Position numbers and translations under genes: made by a program. DNA of 64,000 nt, taken from the NCBI GenBank assembly GCA_027317865.1, contig DAHVQG010000006.1, positions 32,001-96,000 on the forward strand, in the 5' to 3' direction. Position 1 is the first letter of the stretch. Each line of letters starts with the position of its first letter. The stretch comes from Bdellovibrionales bacterium (GTDB lineage: Bacteria; Bdellovibrionota; Bdellovibrionia; Bdellovibrionales; UBA1609). Shown here one piece after another: positions 35,655-44,884 of this stretch. Below the pieces are notes generated by a model. The model was given only the letters and a program-made list of their open reading frames with translations, had not been told where the DNA came from and did not search any database.

Positions 35655-36113
35655 ATGATTACGGCGCTAAAAAATCGGCTCAAAAATAAAATGAAAATCA
35701 GCCTCAAAGACGATAAGGGTATGACGCTTCTTGAAATCATGATTGTCGTCATTATCTTGGCAAGTCTCATGGCAATTCTTGGCCGCAACGTTTTGAACCA
35801 TTTTCGCGATGCAAAGGTAAAAGAAGCTAAAATTCAAATCGGTGGAATAGAAAAAGCTCTCGATATGTACTACACCGACTGTGGTCATTATCCGACAACG
35901 TCGCAAGGTCTCGCGGCGCTTGCGCCTGGTGGGGCATCGACGTGTAAAAACTGGGGACCCGACCCATATTTAAATAAAGTTCCAACTGACCCGTGGGGCA
36001 ACCCGTTTGTGTATACTTCAGAAAATGGCAACTATATCCTCAAATCTCTTGGGTCCGATGGCAAACCGGGTGGCACGGGCGATGCCGCGGATATCAGCAG
36101 TCAAAATCTCTAG
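35655..36113 (+). CDS. gspG: Major pseudopilin GspG
   Basis: G/MTLLEIM prepilin site, ALDMYYTDCGHYPTTSQGL, DPWGNPF, SLGSDGKPGG. Confidence 0.93.
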   Translation: MITALKNRLKNKMKISLKDDKGMTLLEIMIVVIILASLMAILGRNVLNHFRDAKVKEAKIQIGGIEKALDMYYTDCGHYPTTSQGLAALAPGGASTCKNWGPDPYLNKVPTDPWGNPFVYTSENGNYILKSLGSDGKPGGTGDAADISSQNL

Positions 36114-36762
36114 GGGTCAACCTAGCGCCGCACGATGCGGTTTCACGCTTTTAGAACTGATGATCGCCATTACTATAGTGGCGTTCGTCATCGCAGTTGT
36201 TCTCCCCCACATTGATAGCCGCAATAATGAAATACGCTCGGCCATCCGGCATCTCGCGGTTTTGAGCCGCGAATTGCGATTTCGTGCAAAATTGCAAAAC
36301 GCAACCTATCGCCTTGTCATCGACATGGAGAAAAATAGCAAAGGGCAAACCGTCGACAGCTATTGGGTCGAACGGGCAAGCGGAAGTATTTTGAACGATT
36401 ACAATCCTCGATCGCCGCCGAAAAATCCCGCGCAAATGGCGGCCGCTCAAAAAGAAGCGAAAAGTAATGATGAAAAAATCCCGCAATCGCGCTTCACCGT
36501 GGCTCACGGGATTATGCGAAAACCGATTGTTCTACCGGACGGCCTTGTTTTCGACAGCGTGGAGCTTGAAAATCTAAATGATCCGGTCACAAAAGGCGTT
36601 GTGTACATTTATTTTTTGCCTAGCGGTTTTGCCGACGAGTCCGCTATTCACATAAGTTACGGCAAACATCTTCATTGGACCCTGATTACTTTGCCGTTTA
36701 CAGGCCGAATGGTGATACTCCCCGAAAAGCGTATGCTTAAAAATTTGGGGAACGCGATATGA
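36082..36762 (+). CDS. gspH: Minor pseudopilin GspH-like
   Basis: G/FTLLELM prepilin site; nearest in-frame ATG is 36082, overlapping the end of gspG by 32 nt; symbol assigned by position. Confidence 0.75.
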   Translation: MPRISAVKISRGQPSAARCGFTLLELMIAITIVAFVIAVVLPHIDSRNNEIRSAIRHLAVLSRELRFRAKLQNATYRLVIDMEKNSKGQTVDSYWVERASGSILNDYNPRSPPKNPAQMAAAQKEAKSNDEKIPQSRFTVAHGIMRKPIVLPDGLVFDSVELENLNDPVTKGVVYIYFLPSGFADESAIHISYGKHLHWTLITLPFTGRMVILPEKRMLKNLGNAI

Positions 36763-37244
36763 GGGGGTTTACGCTTCTTGAAGTTCTTGTCGCGCTCATC
36801 ATCACCGTTGCGGCCGCATTTCTGTTGTCGACAGCATGGAGCGGCAACCTGGCACGAGTACGAAAAACGACGATGTACAACAACGTCGCGCAACTACTGC
36901 AAAGAAAAATTGCTGAAATCAACGCTGAAAACAGCACAAAGCAGTTTAGTGAACTTGTCGATATCCATAAAGAAGGCGACTTCGGCAAACGGTACCCGCA
37001 ATACCGCTGGTCGTTCAAAACGCAGAAATTAACACCACCCGATTTAGGAGGCATTCTGGCCAGCCAAAAAGGCGGTGCCAATCAGATGCTGCTCACGATG
37101 CTTTCAAAAATGCAACAGATTATGCATCAATCGATTCTCGAAGCGACAGTTACTGTTTACGTTAAAATGCGCAACAAAGAATTTCCGTACTCAGTGACGT
37201 ATTACATCGTCAACTACAACGCTCCCATTAATATAGGTATTTGA
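36759..37244 (+). CDS. gspI: Minor pseudopilin GspI-like
   Basis: MRG/FTLLEVLVAL; position in the gsp operon. Confidence 0.8.
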   Translation: MRGFTLLEVLVALIITVAAAFLLSTAWSGNLARVRKTTMYNNVAQLLQRKIAEINAENSTKQFSELVDIHKEGDFGKRYPQYRWSFKTQKLTPPDLGGILASQKGGANQMLLTMLSKMQQIMHQSILEATVTVYVKMRNKEFPYSVTYYIVNYNAPINIGI

Positions 37245-37245
37245 A

Positions 37246-38142
37246 GTGAGAAAAAACGACGGGGGGTTTACCCTACTTGAAATTATGATCGCCACAGTCA
37301 TCATGGCGTTTCTCACGATTTTTACCGCTCATATGATTTCAGAGGGTGTGTATGCTCGCTCCAAAATTGAGGGCAATATCGACCGCGAGACCGCACTCCA
37401 CGACGCGCTCGCACTCATGCAACAGGATATTGAAAAAGCATTCAACTATCGCGACTTATACGTCGAATTGTACAACCAAGCGCAACGAGACCGGCAACAA
37501 GGGGCGCAAGTACCGCAAAATCCGGCGCAGACGCTTCCTGGGCAACCTCCCGCCCAACCTCCGCCGGCGACAGCCAACCAATTCCCTTTAGAACAAGAAA
37601 AAATATATACCGAGTTTAAAGGTGGACATCACACGCTCAATTTTGATTCGCTCAATAATTTTCGCAGCCAAAAAAACGAACAGGTAAGCGATCAATGCGA
37701 AATCGGCTATTACGTCGCATCTTGCGTAAGTCTTGAACATCCTCATGAAAACATCCAATGTTTATGGCGCCGGGTTAGCCCTTATATTACGAACAATGTG
37801 AAAGAGGGCGGTCATGCCACTCCGATTCTTGAAGACGTAAAAAGTTTGCGGTTCCGCTATCTCGGGTATGGACATGTTCATCACTGGATTGGTACGTGGA
37901 ATAACGTCACCGGCGAAACCGACATGCGGGGGCGATTGCCTATGGCCGTCGAAGCAACGGTTTCAATTTACGATCGCCGCTTTCATCCGCCGCATACAAT
38001 CGCAATGACAATAGTCGCAATGCCATATTTTTTAAATAATCCCCCCGCAAATGAAAATCCGACGGGCGTTGCGACGCCGGCTACACCACCTGGTACCGTT
38101 CCGCCGACAAACGGTGCTGCACCAGGTTTTGGAGGATATTAG
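37246..38142 (+). CDS. gspJ: Minor pseudopilin GspJ-like
   Basis: GG/FTLLEIMIA, MQQDIEKAF, LWRR, LPMAVE; position in the operon. Confidence 0.8.
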   Translation: MRKNDGGFTLLEIMIATVIMAFLTIFTAHMISEGVYARSKIEGNIDRETALHDALALMQQDIEKAFNYRDLYVELYNQAQRDRQQGAQVPQNPAQTLPGQPPAQPPPATANQFPLEQEKIYTEFKGGHHTLNFDSLNNFRSQKNEQVSDQCEIGYYVASCVSLEHPHENIQCLWRRVSPYITNNVKEGGHATPILEDVKSLRFRYLGYGHVHHWIGTWNNVTGETDMRGRLPMAVEATVSIYDRRFHPPHTIAMTIVAMPYFLNNPPANENPTGVATPATPPGTVPPTNGAAPGFGGY

Positions 38143-38148
38143 ACGAAT

Positions 38149-39435
38149 ATGAAATCCTTATTTCGTAAAATATCAAGTGCCGACTCATTTCGTATTCTGC
38201 GCACACGTCGCGGCCAATCCATGCTTATTGCTATTTTTGCGATGATTTTAACCGTTACGATCGCCGTCGAAGTTTCGTACGACACGACCGTTGGGTATGT
38301 GCAAGCGGCGCAACAGATCAACCGACTCAAAGCGTACTATGCTGCTAAATCGGGAATCGATCTCAGTCTTTTTCGCATTTTAATCTACCGCAAAGTTGTT
38401 GCCCAATACGGTCAACAGCTCAGCAGTGAACGCGCACTTATGGACATGATTTGGCAAATGCCGTTTTCTTGGCCGCCGGTTGTACCGTCGTCAGTTCCGG
38501 GGCCCGTGCGCAGCAGTATTAAGGCGGCGGTTAAGCATTCTGCAATGCACGCGCAGTATTACGCAACCATAAAAAATGAGGGGGCAAGAATCGATATCAA
38601 CGCCCTCGGTTGCGGCAACGAAGCTATCGTCGACGCCACTCGCGGTCAACTTCTGAATTTGTTTTACAATGCTATGAAAACCGACCCGGAGTTCAAGCGA
38701 AAATACGAAAACTACAATTTCAGCAAACTGATCGACAACATTGAAGACTGGGTGAGCCCTGGGGATCAAAGCGTCGAAGGCGGCGATAAAACGTCAAAGT
38801 ATAAACAGCCCGAAGACGTAGAAAACTATCATTTGCCGCCAGACGCTCCATTTAAGACGCTCAGCGAACTCCACATGGTCGCGGGCATGAAAGACGATTT
38901 TTACAATATCCTTAAACATCGTGTGACGATTTACGGTACATTCGGAATTAACGTTAATTATGCCAATGCCGCAATTTTAGAATCGCTCGATCCGCAAATT
39001 ACAAAAGAAATTGCCGATAAAATTATTGCACGCCGAACGGACCCCAATTTGGGTGGACCATATCAAAATGCCAACGACTTTTATTCCTATTTGCAAAAAC
39101 TGGGTGTAACCACTACCGCATTAGAAAATAACCACGTGCCGCTCCAATTTGGAACACCCGAAAATTTTAGAATCACAAGTATCGGTACGTATCGAAATGT
39201 TGTACAGAAGATCGACGTGATCACTTACGACCTGGATGCCGTAGCAAGCCGATACGCAACCATACTGAATCAAAATGCCGCTGCGGCGAATGGTCAAAAT
39301 CCTTACAACACGCCGGCAAATTCCACTCCACAAAACGGCACCAACCCGTCACAACCGCCGCCGCAGACACCTGCGACTCCAACGCCGCAAGAACCCATCG
39401 GCAAACCGCGAATCGTGATGTGGAAAGTGTCCTAG
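38149..39435 (+). CDS. gspK: Minor pseudopilin GspK
   Basis: RRG/QSMLIA (no E5), AYYAAKSG, EGARIDIN, IEDWV, PFKTLSELHMVAG, INVNYA. Confidence 0.88.
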   Translation: MKSLFRKISSADSFRILRTRRGQSMLIAIFAMILTVTIAVEVSYDTTVGYVQAAQQINRLKAYYAAKSGIDLSLFRILIYRKVVAQYGQQLSSERALMDMIWQMPFSWPPVVPSSVPGPVRSSIKAAVKHSAMHAQYYATIKNEGARIDINALGCGNEAIVDATRGQLLNLFYNAMKTDPEFKRKYENYNFSKLIDNIEDWVSPGDQSVEGGDKTSKYKQPEDVENYHLPPDAPFKTLSELHMVAGMKDDFYNILKHRVTIYGTFGINVNYANAAILESLDPQITKEIADKIIARRTDPNLGGPYQNANDFYSYLQKLGVTTTALENNHVPLQFGTPENFRITSIGTYRNVVQKIDVITYDLDAVASRYATILNQNAAAANGQNPYNTPANSTPQNGTNPSQPPPQTPATPTPQEPIGKPRIVMWKVS

Positions 39436-39557
39436 TACGGGAACTTAAGTTTAATGCCCCTAGACTTACATCCTGGAATTTGACGCATTCTTATTTTTAC
39501 TGGTTTATTCATCATTTACGATTACTCACAAGGTGAAGAAAAAGGTAATTTAGTATC

Positions 39558-41234
39558 ATGATCAGTGTTGGCATCGACATCGGTAGCTTCAGCGTCAAAG
39601 TTGCCAAAGTTCGTTCTGCAAGTAGAGGCTACGAGCTCGTGGCCACTTCGCAATATCCTTTAAGCCAAGATCCGAACAAAGACACACAAATAGAACTCAT
39701 TGAAATCATTCGTGACATACAAGCGCGATACATCGAGACCGGCGCCTCCATCGTCATTGGCGCACACCAATATGAAGTCAGTTGGCGAAGGCGCGAATTT
39801 CCGTTTAAAGAGCGCCACAAAATTTTGAAAAGTTTGCCTTTTGAACTTGAGGACGATGTTCCTTTTTCATCTGAAAATTCAGTTTTCGACGCCAAGATCA
39901 CCCATACGATTGGCAATAAAGCATCGGTGCTTGCAGTGGCATGCCCAAAAGAACATTTGATCCAGACACTCAAACGCGTTGAAGATATCGGTCTGTCCGC
40001 CGACATTGTAAGCGTCGACGGATTTGCCTTTGCTAATCTTTTCGAAGAATGGCGAGAAGCCCCGTGGTCATACCCGCTAACAGCGGCAACCGAACCTGAA
40101 ACCCCCGAACCCACGCCCGTTGACCTCGCGCTCAATATCGGACATCGCTCCTCAACGATCGCGGTCATAAAAGACGGCTACTTGCTTGATTTGCGTCACA
40201 TCGACTGGGGTGGCCGCGATTTGGCTGAACTCATCGCCCAACGCTACAATATGCCGTATCTCGAAGCGCTGAAAGAATTGAAACGAAAAGCATTTATACT
40301 TATGAACAACGAGGGTGCCAGTCGCGAACAAGTGGCGCTGTCTGAAGTCATAAAGTCGGGTGTTGATTCGTTCGCGCAGAAATTGCAATTGGCTCTTCTT
40401 GAACTCAAAAGCCTTTACAAAATTCAGTACCGCCAGGGTATTTTAGTCGGCGGAACGGCCCAATTGCGAAATTTAGGCCCGTATCTCACCCAAAGACTCG
40501 ACGTCGCGATGAACCGGCTCGCGCGACTCGATATGATTCCACAAATAGATTTTGGTCAAAGTCCGAATTCTGAAGTTGCGCTTGTCACGGCAATTGGTCT
40601 CGCCATTGAGGGAATTAAACGACCAAAGAACCCGCCGCTTAATTTGCGCAGGGGCGAATTTGCCAGACAAAGTCAGTCTTTTCAGATTTACTGGGAACGA
40701 TGGGGGCACGCAACAAAAGTTGTTGTGGCTATGTTTCTCGTTTTGTGTGTGTGGGGATATTTAAGAGACAATTTCACGTCCTCCAACGTCGATGCCAGTT
40801 CCGAAGCGCTCAGTACTCAGGCCCAAAATATTCTTGGCGCTCAAGGCATGGTGGTTAACCGGCCAAACGTTGATAAGTTTGTTTATGAGCAAACCGAGAA
40901 AGCCAAATTGCTCAAAATGCTTACCAGCATTAAAAACATGGATTCGGCTTTAGATGTCATGACAAGGTTAACGGCGATCGCGCCGCTCCAGAGGATGTAT
41001 GGTCCGAAGCATAACTGGACAGGCCTTAATATTACACATCTTAAAATCAACGGTGAAATGGTAGATATCGCGGGTAATGCCGCTAACGAATCGATTATAT
41101 TGCATCTTGAACGCGTTTTGAAAACACTTGCCAGCGACGGGCATATCAGCAAAGTTTCAACATCTTCGGTTAACAAAAATCATTATCTTGCATTTGGCTA
41201 TCGCCTGCGTATTGCGCGAAAGGCAGGTGGCTGA
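39558..41234 (+). CDS. gspL: GspL with an N-terminal PilM/actin-like cytoplasmic domain
   Basis: VGIDIGSFSVKV, LPFELEDDVPF, NIGHRSS, VGGTAQL, NLRRGEFA, TM and periplasmic domain; between gspK and gspM. Confidence 0.8.
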   Translation: MISVGIDIGSFSVKVAKVRSASRGYELVATSQYPLSQDPNKDTQIELIEIIRDIQARYIETGASIVIGAHQYEVSWRRREFPFKERHKILKSLPFELEDDVPFSSENSVFDAKITHTIGNKASVLAVACPKEHLIQTLKRVEDIGLSADIVSVDGFAFANLFEEWREAPWSYPLTAATEPETPEPTPVDLALNIGHRSSTIAVIKDGYLLDLRHIDWGGRDLAELIAQRYNMPYLEALKELKRKAFILMNNEGASREQVALSEVIKSGVDSFAQKLQLALLELKSLYKIQYRQGILVGGTAQLRNLGPYLTQRLDVAMNRLARLDMIPQIDFGQSPNSEVALVTAIGLAIEGIKRPKNPPLNLRRGEFARQSQSFQIYWERWGHATKVVVAMFLVLCVWGYLRDNFTSSNVDASSEALSTQAQNILGAQGMVVNRPNVDKFVYEQTEKAKLLKMLTSIKNMDSALDVMTRLTAIAPLQRMYGPKHNWTGLNITHLKINGEMVDIAGNAANESIILHLERVLKTLASDGHISKVSTSSVNKNHYLAFGYRLRIARKAGG

Positions 41235-41919
41235 CTTGACCATAGACGACATAAAAGAAGAACTTAAAGAAAACTGGATCGAACTTTGGGGGCGTATTCA
41301 AGACTCCCCCGCCTACAACAACTTACGTGAACAGTATGAAAATTTGTCGCCCAATGCCCAACGCATTTTAATTGTGGGCGCGGCCGCTTTTATCGTTTTT
41401 ATCTTCGCCATGATCCCCTATTCTTATTTTTCAAGTTCGTTTAGCAGCGACGCCCATTACGTGTCGAACCGAAATCTCATTCGCAAACTGTTGCGCGCGA
41501 ACCAGCTGGCTAGCGAATCAGAAAGCATGCCTAAAACCGTCGATGCCGACACGCTCAAAACAAAAATCACCGATATGCTCGCCCATTATCCCCTGCTACC
41601 TGAACAAAACGGCGGCATTGTGACTATTCCGCCGGATGATCTTGGGCCAGGAGTTGCCGTCCGCCGGCTGCGCGTTTCGGGCGTTGGGGTGAAACTTAAA
41701 AAATTGAATCTCAAACAAATCGTCGAAATCGGATATGAACTTGAAAGTCAGAATCCAAATGTGAAACTCGCCGGGATCGACATGACGGCGGATCGCACGA
41801 ATACTCATTATTTTGACGTGCTCTTTAAATTGGCCGTTTACAATTTGCCTTCCGCATTCGAGGCCTCATCAACAAAGAAAAGCGACAGCGCGACCGAGCC
41901 CCCAACCACGACGGAGTAA
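41227..41919 (+). CDS. gspM: GspM-like T2SS protein
   Basis: YENLSPNAQRIL followed by a single TM and a ferredoxin-like periplasmic segment (VKLKKLNLKQIV). Start GTG 41227 (or TTG 41236). Confidence 0.7.
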   Translation: MADLTIDDIKEELKENWIELWGRIQDSPAYNNLREQYENLSPNAQRILIVGAAAFIVFIFAMIPYSYFSSSFSSDAHYVSNRNLIRKLLRANQLASESESMPKTVDADTLKTKITDMLAHYPLLPEQNGGIVTIPPDDLGPGVAVRRLRVSGVGVKLKKLNLKQIVEIGYELESQNPNVKLAGIDMTADRTNTHYFDVLFKLAVYNLPSAFEASSTKKSDSATEPPTTTE

Positions 41920-41928
41920 AAGAAAATT

Positions 41929-42891
41929 TTGTCTTTTATTAAAGAGATTTTTAAACCCTTTTTTTACGTGATACGAGAGCAGAAAAAAATGCTCGTGCTG
42001 ATCTTGGTGTCGGCTTTGGTTTTTGCCGTGTTGATTTTTCCGTACGATGATTTATCCGATCTCATCATGGCCAAAGCGGCGCAACAGGGAGTATTTCTTG
42101 ATTTCGCCCATTTAGGGCTGAGTTTTTTCCCGCCGTCGTTACGTCTTGACAAAGTTTCGGTTGAAACCACGATGCTTCCGCCGATTCACGCCGGTGAAAT
42201 TTATTTATCACCGAATCTCATGGGGCTATTGACGTTAAGCCCTGGTTTTAGCGCATCGATCGACAGTTTTTTAAACGGGTCGGTGAATGTCAATTACCGG
42301 CTCACCCATAAATTGCAAAATTTTGCGTTGTCTCTGAACGACGTCGATCTCAAAGGGCTCTCCACCTTTGCCCAGCTACCGGTCGTAATGGACGGTCGAG
42401 TACAGGGGCAAATCGATGGCGCATTCGATCCGAAGTTTACCGTTCAACCGTCAGGTACTGCGAGCATCGAAATTCGCAAATTGCACATTCCGCAGACTAT
42501 GGTCCCCGCGTGGATGGCTCTTACGCTCCCCGATACGAGGATCTCAAAAGTTATATTATTCGGCTCTATGGGCAAAGGCGAACTTGACGTCTCAAAAGCG
42601 ACAATCGGTCGGCCCGGCGACGATATCTACGGTCAGATGAAAGCAAGTATAGCTATGCAAATGTCCAGTCAAGACGGTGAAACATCCACACAAGTGGGCT
42701 CCTATCAAATCAGTTTGGACCTCACATTGGCCCCTAAAATTGAAAAAAACTTCGGTAGTATGCTGAGTTTGTTAAATTTCGACCAATACAAAATGGCCAC
42801 GGCCGACGGCACGCGCTATGCACTTCAATTGTCTGGTAGTGGTGCAGACGCTCCACCGACGCCGTCACCGTTACCACCCGGCACATTTTAG
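41929..42891 (+). CDS. gspN: Deltaproteobacterial-type GspN
   Basis: N-terminal TM followed by FPYDDL, beta-rich AsmA-like body; last gene of the gsp cluster. Confidence 0.75.
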   Translation: MSFIKEIFKPFFYVIREQKKMLVLILVSALVFAVLIFPYDDLSDLIMAKAAQQGVFLDFAHLGLSFFPPSLRLDKVSVETTMLPPIHAGEIYLSPNLMGLLTLSPGFSASIDSFLNGSVNVNYRLTHKLQNFALSLNDVDLKGLSTFAQLPVVMDGRVQGQIDGAFDPKFTVQPSGTASIEIRKLHIPQTMVPAWMALTLPDTRISKVILFGSMGKGELDVSKATIGRPGDDIYGQMKASIAMQMSSQDGETSTQVGSYQISLDLTLAPKIEKNFGSMLSLLNFDQYKMATADGTRYALQLSGSGADAPPTPSPLPPGTF

Positions 42892-42982
42892 CTTGCCGAT
42901 TGCCTACACAACGCTTAAAAACAGCGAGAAAGCGGAAGCTAATTTCGGGCTAACGCGTGACTCGTGTGGTGGGAGGATCAAT

Positions 42983-43411
42983 ATGTCAGGGGTAAATAAA
43001 GTCATTCTGATCGGCCGTCTTGGGACGGATCCGGAAGTAAAAAACGTGTCGGCTCAACAAACAGTAGCCAAACTCAGTGTGGCCACAAGTGAAAACTGGA
43101 CAGATCGCGAAGGCAAAAAACAAGAACGCACCGAGTGGCACCGAGTCGTCGTCTGGGGTAAACTCGCGGAACTTTGCGGTAAATATCTGGCAAAGGGCCG
43201 GCAGGTCTACGTCGAAGGTCGGTTGCAAACACGTTCATGGGAAGACCAACAAGGTCAAAAACGTTACACGACTGAAATTGTGGCTAACACCATTCAATTT
43301 TTAGGTAGTGCTGGTGAAACTCGTGATATTCAGAATTCGTCACCTTCTGTTTCACCAGAAAGTTTTGGTCCTGAACCGACTTTCGATTCAGAAGAAGAAA
43401 TTCCGTTCTGA
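42983..43411 (+). CDS. ssb: Single-stranded DNA-binding protein
   Basis: [33 protein letters not shown], acidic tail EEEIPF. Start ATG 42983 with GGGAGG SD. Confidence 0.97.
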   Translation: MSGVNKVILIGRLGTDPEVKNVSAQQTVAKLSVATSENWTDREGKKQERTEWHRVVVWGKLAELCGKYLAKGRQVYVEGRLQTRSWEDQQGQKRYTTEIVANTIQFLGSAGETRDIQNSSPSVSPESFGPEPTFDSEEEIPF

Positions 43412-43455
43412 TCTCGACTTTCTTTTTGCGCGAATTTTTCGTAGCATGTTGAAAT

Positions 43456-43929
43456 ATGCGGCGGCGTTATTTTTTGCGCACAAATTTGTGCGTCAGTATC
43501 ATGCTATTGACTCTCACGGGGTGTTCACTTTACGAGTCAAGCGGACGCAAAATAATCGAAACCAATCAAAATAATATCGTTGGTGCTTTTGGTTTCAACA
43601 GTAGCCACACGCTTCAGTACGAATGCTCGGCATCCCGTCAACCGCCGGAATTTTTAAGCGCACCGTTAGAAGCGGTTGCAACTCCTTACGAAGCTGACGG
43701 TATGACCGTGTTGATCGACGAGCATGCGCATCCCGCCTATTTGGCAATTGAGAAAGCAGGTCCAGCTGATACTTATTTGAGTTGCAAAGTGAAGTTTATT
43801 AAAAGCGGTTTTGCAAAATCAGATTTAAATCCGGTTGAAATATCCGAGGCGGCTCGTCTCGGGCATGGCCAAATCATCGCCTTAGGTTCTGCCTTAAGTC
43901 GAGGCTGTCACGTCGCACATTGTTTCTAA
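43456..43929 (+). CDS. Hypothetical lipoprotein
   Basis: Basic N-terminus, hydrophobic stretch, lipobox LTGC then SLYESSGRK. Confidence 0.65.
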   Translation: MRRRYFLRTNLCVSIMLLTLTGCSLYESSGRKIIETNQNNIVGAFGFNSSHTLQYECSASRQPPEFLSAPLEAVATPYEADGMTVLIDEHAHPAYLAIEKAGPADTYLSCKVKFIKSGFAKSDLNPVEISEAARLGHGQIIALGSALSRGCHVAHCF

Positions 43930-43993
43930 CTAGTAAATATCACTGATTTTTCATAAACTAAAAGCGCAAGTACACGCATCGTGGGGGTTGTCT

Positions 43994-44884
43994 ATGAGAT
44001 GTCGATATTTGGCACGTGTCCTGGTTTTTGTAATACCTTTTTTATTATTATGTACCTATGCGAATGCGGCTGAGGTACGGGCGCTTAAAGGCGACCGCAT
44101 GCTCATTCAACTTCAAGGTTCGCAGTTCAACGTTGGGGATATCATAAAAATACAAAACGAAATGGGCGAGACTCGTGCCCTTGGTAAAGTCATCAAAGTG
44201 GCCGGCCGCTTTGCCGAAGCCATTTTTCGCGGACATCCGCAAATCGGCTATTCGGTCGTGATTTTTCCCAAACGGGCCCTCGAAAGAAAACTTCGGCAAA
44301 TTCGAAACCGACAAGGCGAAATGAGTGGCGGCGGCAGTTCGTACTCGCCATCGGGACCAAGTCACACATCCTACGGAGTGTTGGCCGGATATAACTCGGC
44401 AACCGCGACCGTCAAGTTGAACAATGGTGATTCCGTGTCGCTAAAAGGTTCAGGGCTAAGCTTGATGGGTTTTATGGACCATCCTTTTCGCGATTGGTTT
44501 TCATTTCGCGGAGAAGCGGGCATTGATCAGCTGAATTTGAGCGGTGCCACTGACACCGGATGCAGCGGCGCTTGCAATGCTAAAATCAACTATTTATCTT
44601 TAGATCTTCTCGCGCGATTCACCCACAGAAAATGGCATGGCGTCTGGTGGGGCGGCGCCGGCGTGAATGTTTTATTTCCGCTCACGAAGTCGTCAACAGC
44701 ACTTGCGTCCAGTTCAATTTCGGGCACTATGACTTATGTTTTGGCGGTCGGTTACGATTTGCAAATGCACCGCCCCGACAACCCTTACATTCCGATTCAA
44801 ATCCAATATCAATTGTTTCCGAACTCCGCCACAGTTACCGCACACACTATCGAATTTGACATTGGTTACGGTAAAACATTTTAA
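43994..44884 (+). CDS. Outer-membrane beta-barrel protein with a small N-terminal beta domain
   Basis: Signal peptide (ANA), Gly/Ser linker, about 8 amphipathic strands, terminal Phe (IGYGKTF). Confidence 0.65.
   Translation: MRCRYLARVLVFVIPFLLLCTYANAAEVRALKGDRMLIQLQGSQFNVGDIIKIQNEMGETRALGKVIKVAGRFAEAIFRGHPQIGYSVVIFPKRALERKLRQIRNRQGEMSGGGSSYSPSGPSHTSYGVLAGYNSATATVKLNNGDSVSLKGSGLSLMGFMDHPFRDWFSFRGEAGIDQLNLSGATDTGCSGACNAKINYLSLDLLARFTHRKWHGVWWGGAGVNVLFPLTKSSTALASSSISGTMTYVLAVGYDLQMHRPDNPYIPIQIQYQLFPNSATVTAHTIEFDIGYGKTF

Noticed and set aside
36007-36140. Possible frameshift or fusion between gspG and gspH
   Set aside because: An in-frame ATG at 36082 gives a normal prepilin leader with a simple 32-nt overlap.
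39480-39510. TTGACG in the gspK-gspL spacer as an internal promoter
   Set aside because: No convincing -10 at 16-18 bp spacing.
39558-41234. Type IV pilus pilM gene
   Set aside because: The actin-like domain is fused to a TM and periplasmic domain and lies between gspK and gspM, which fits GspL.
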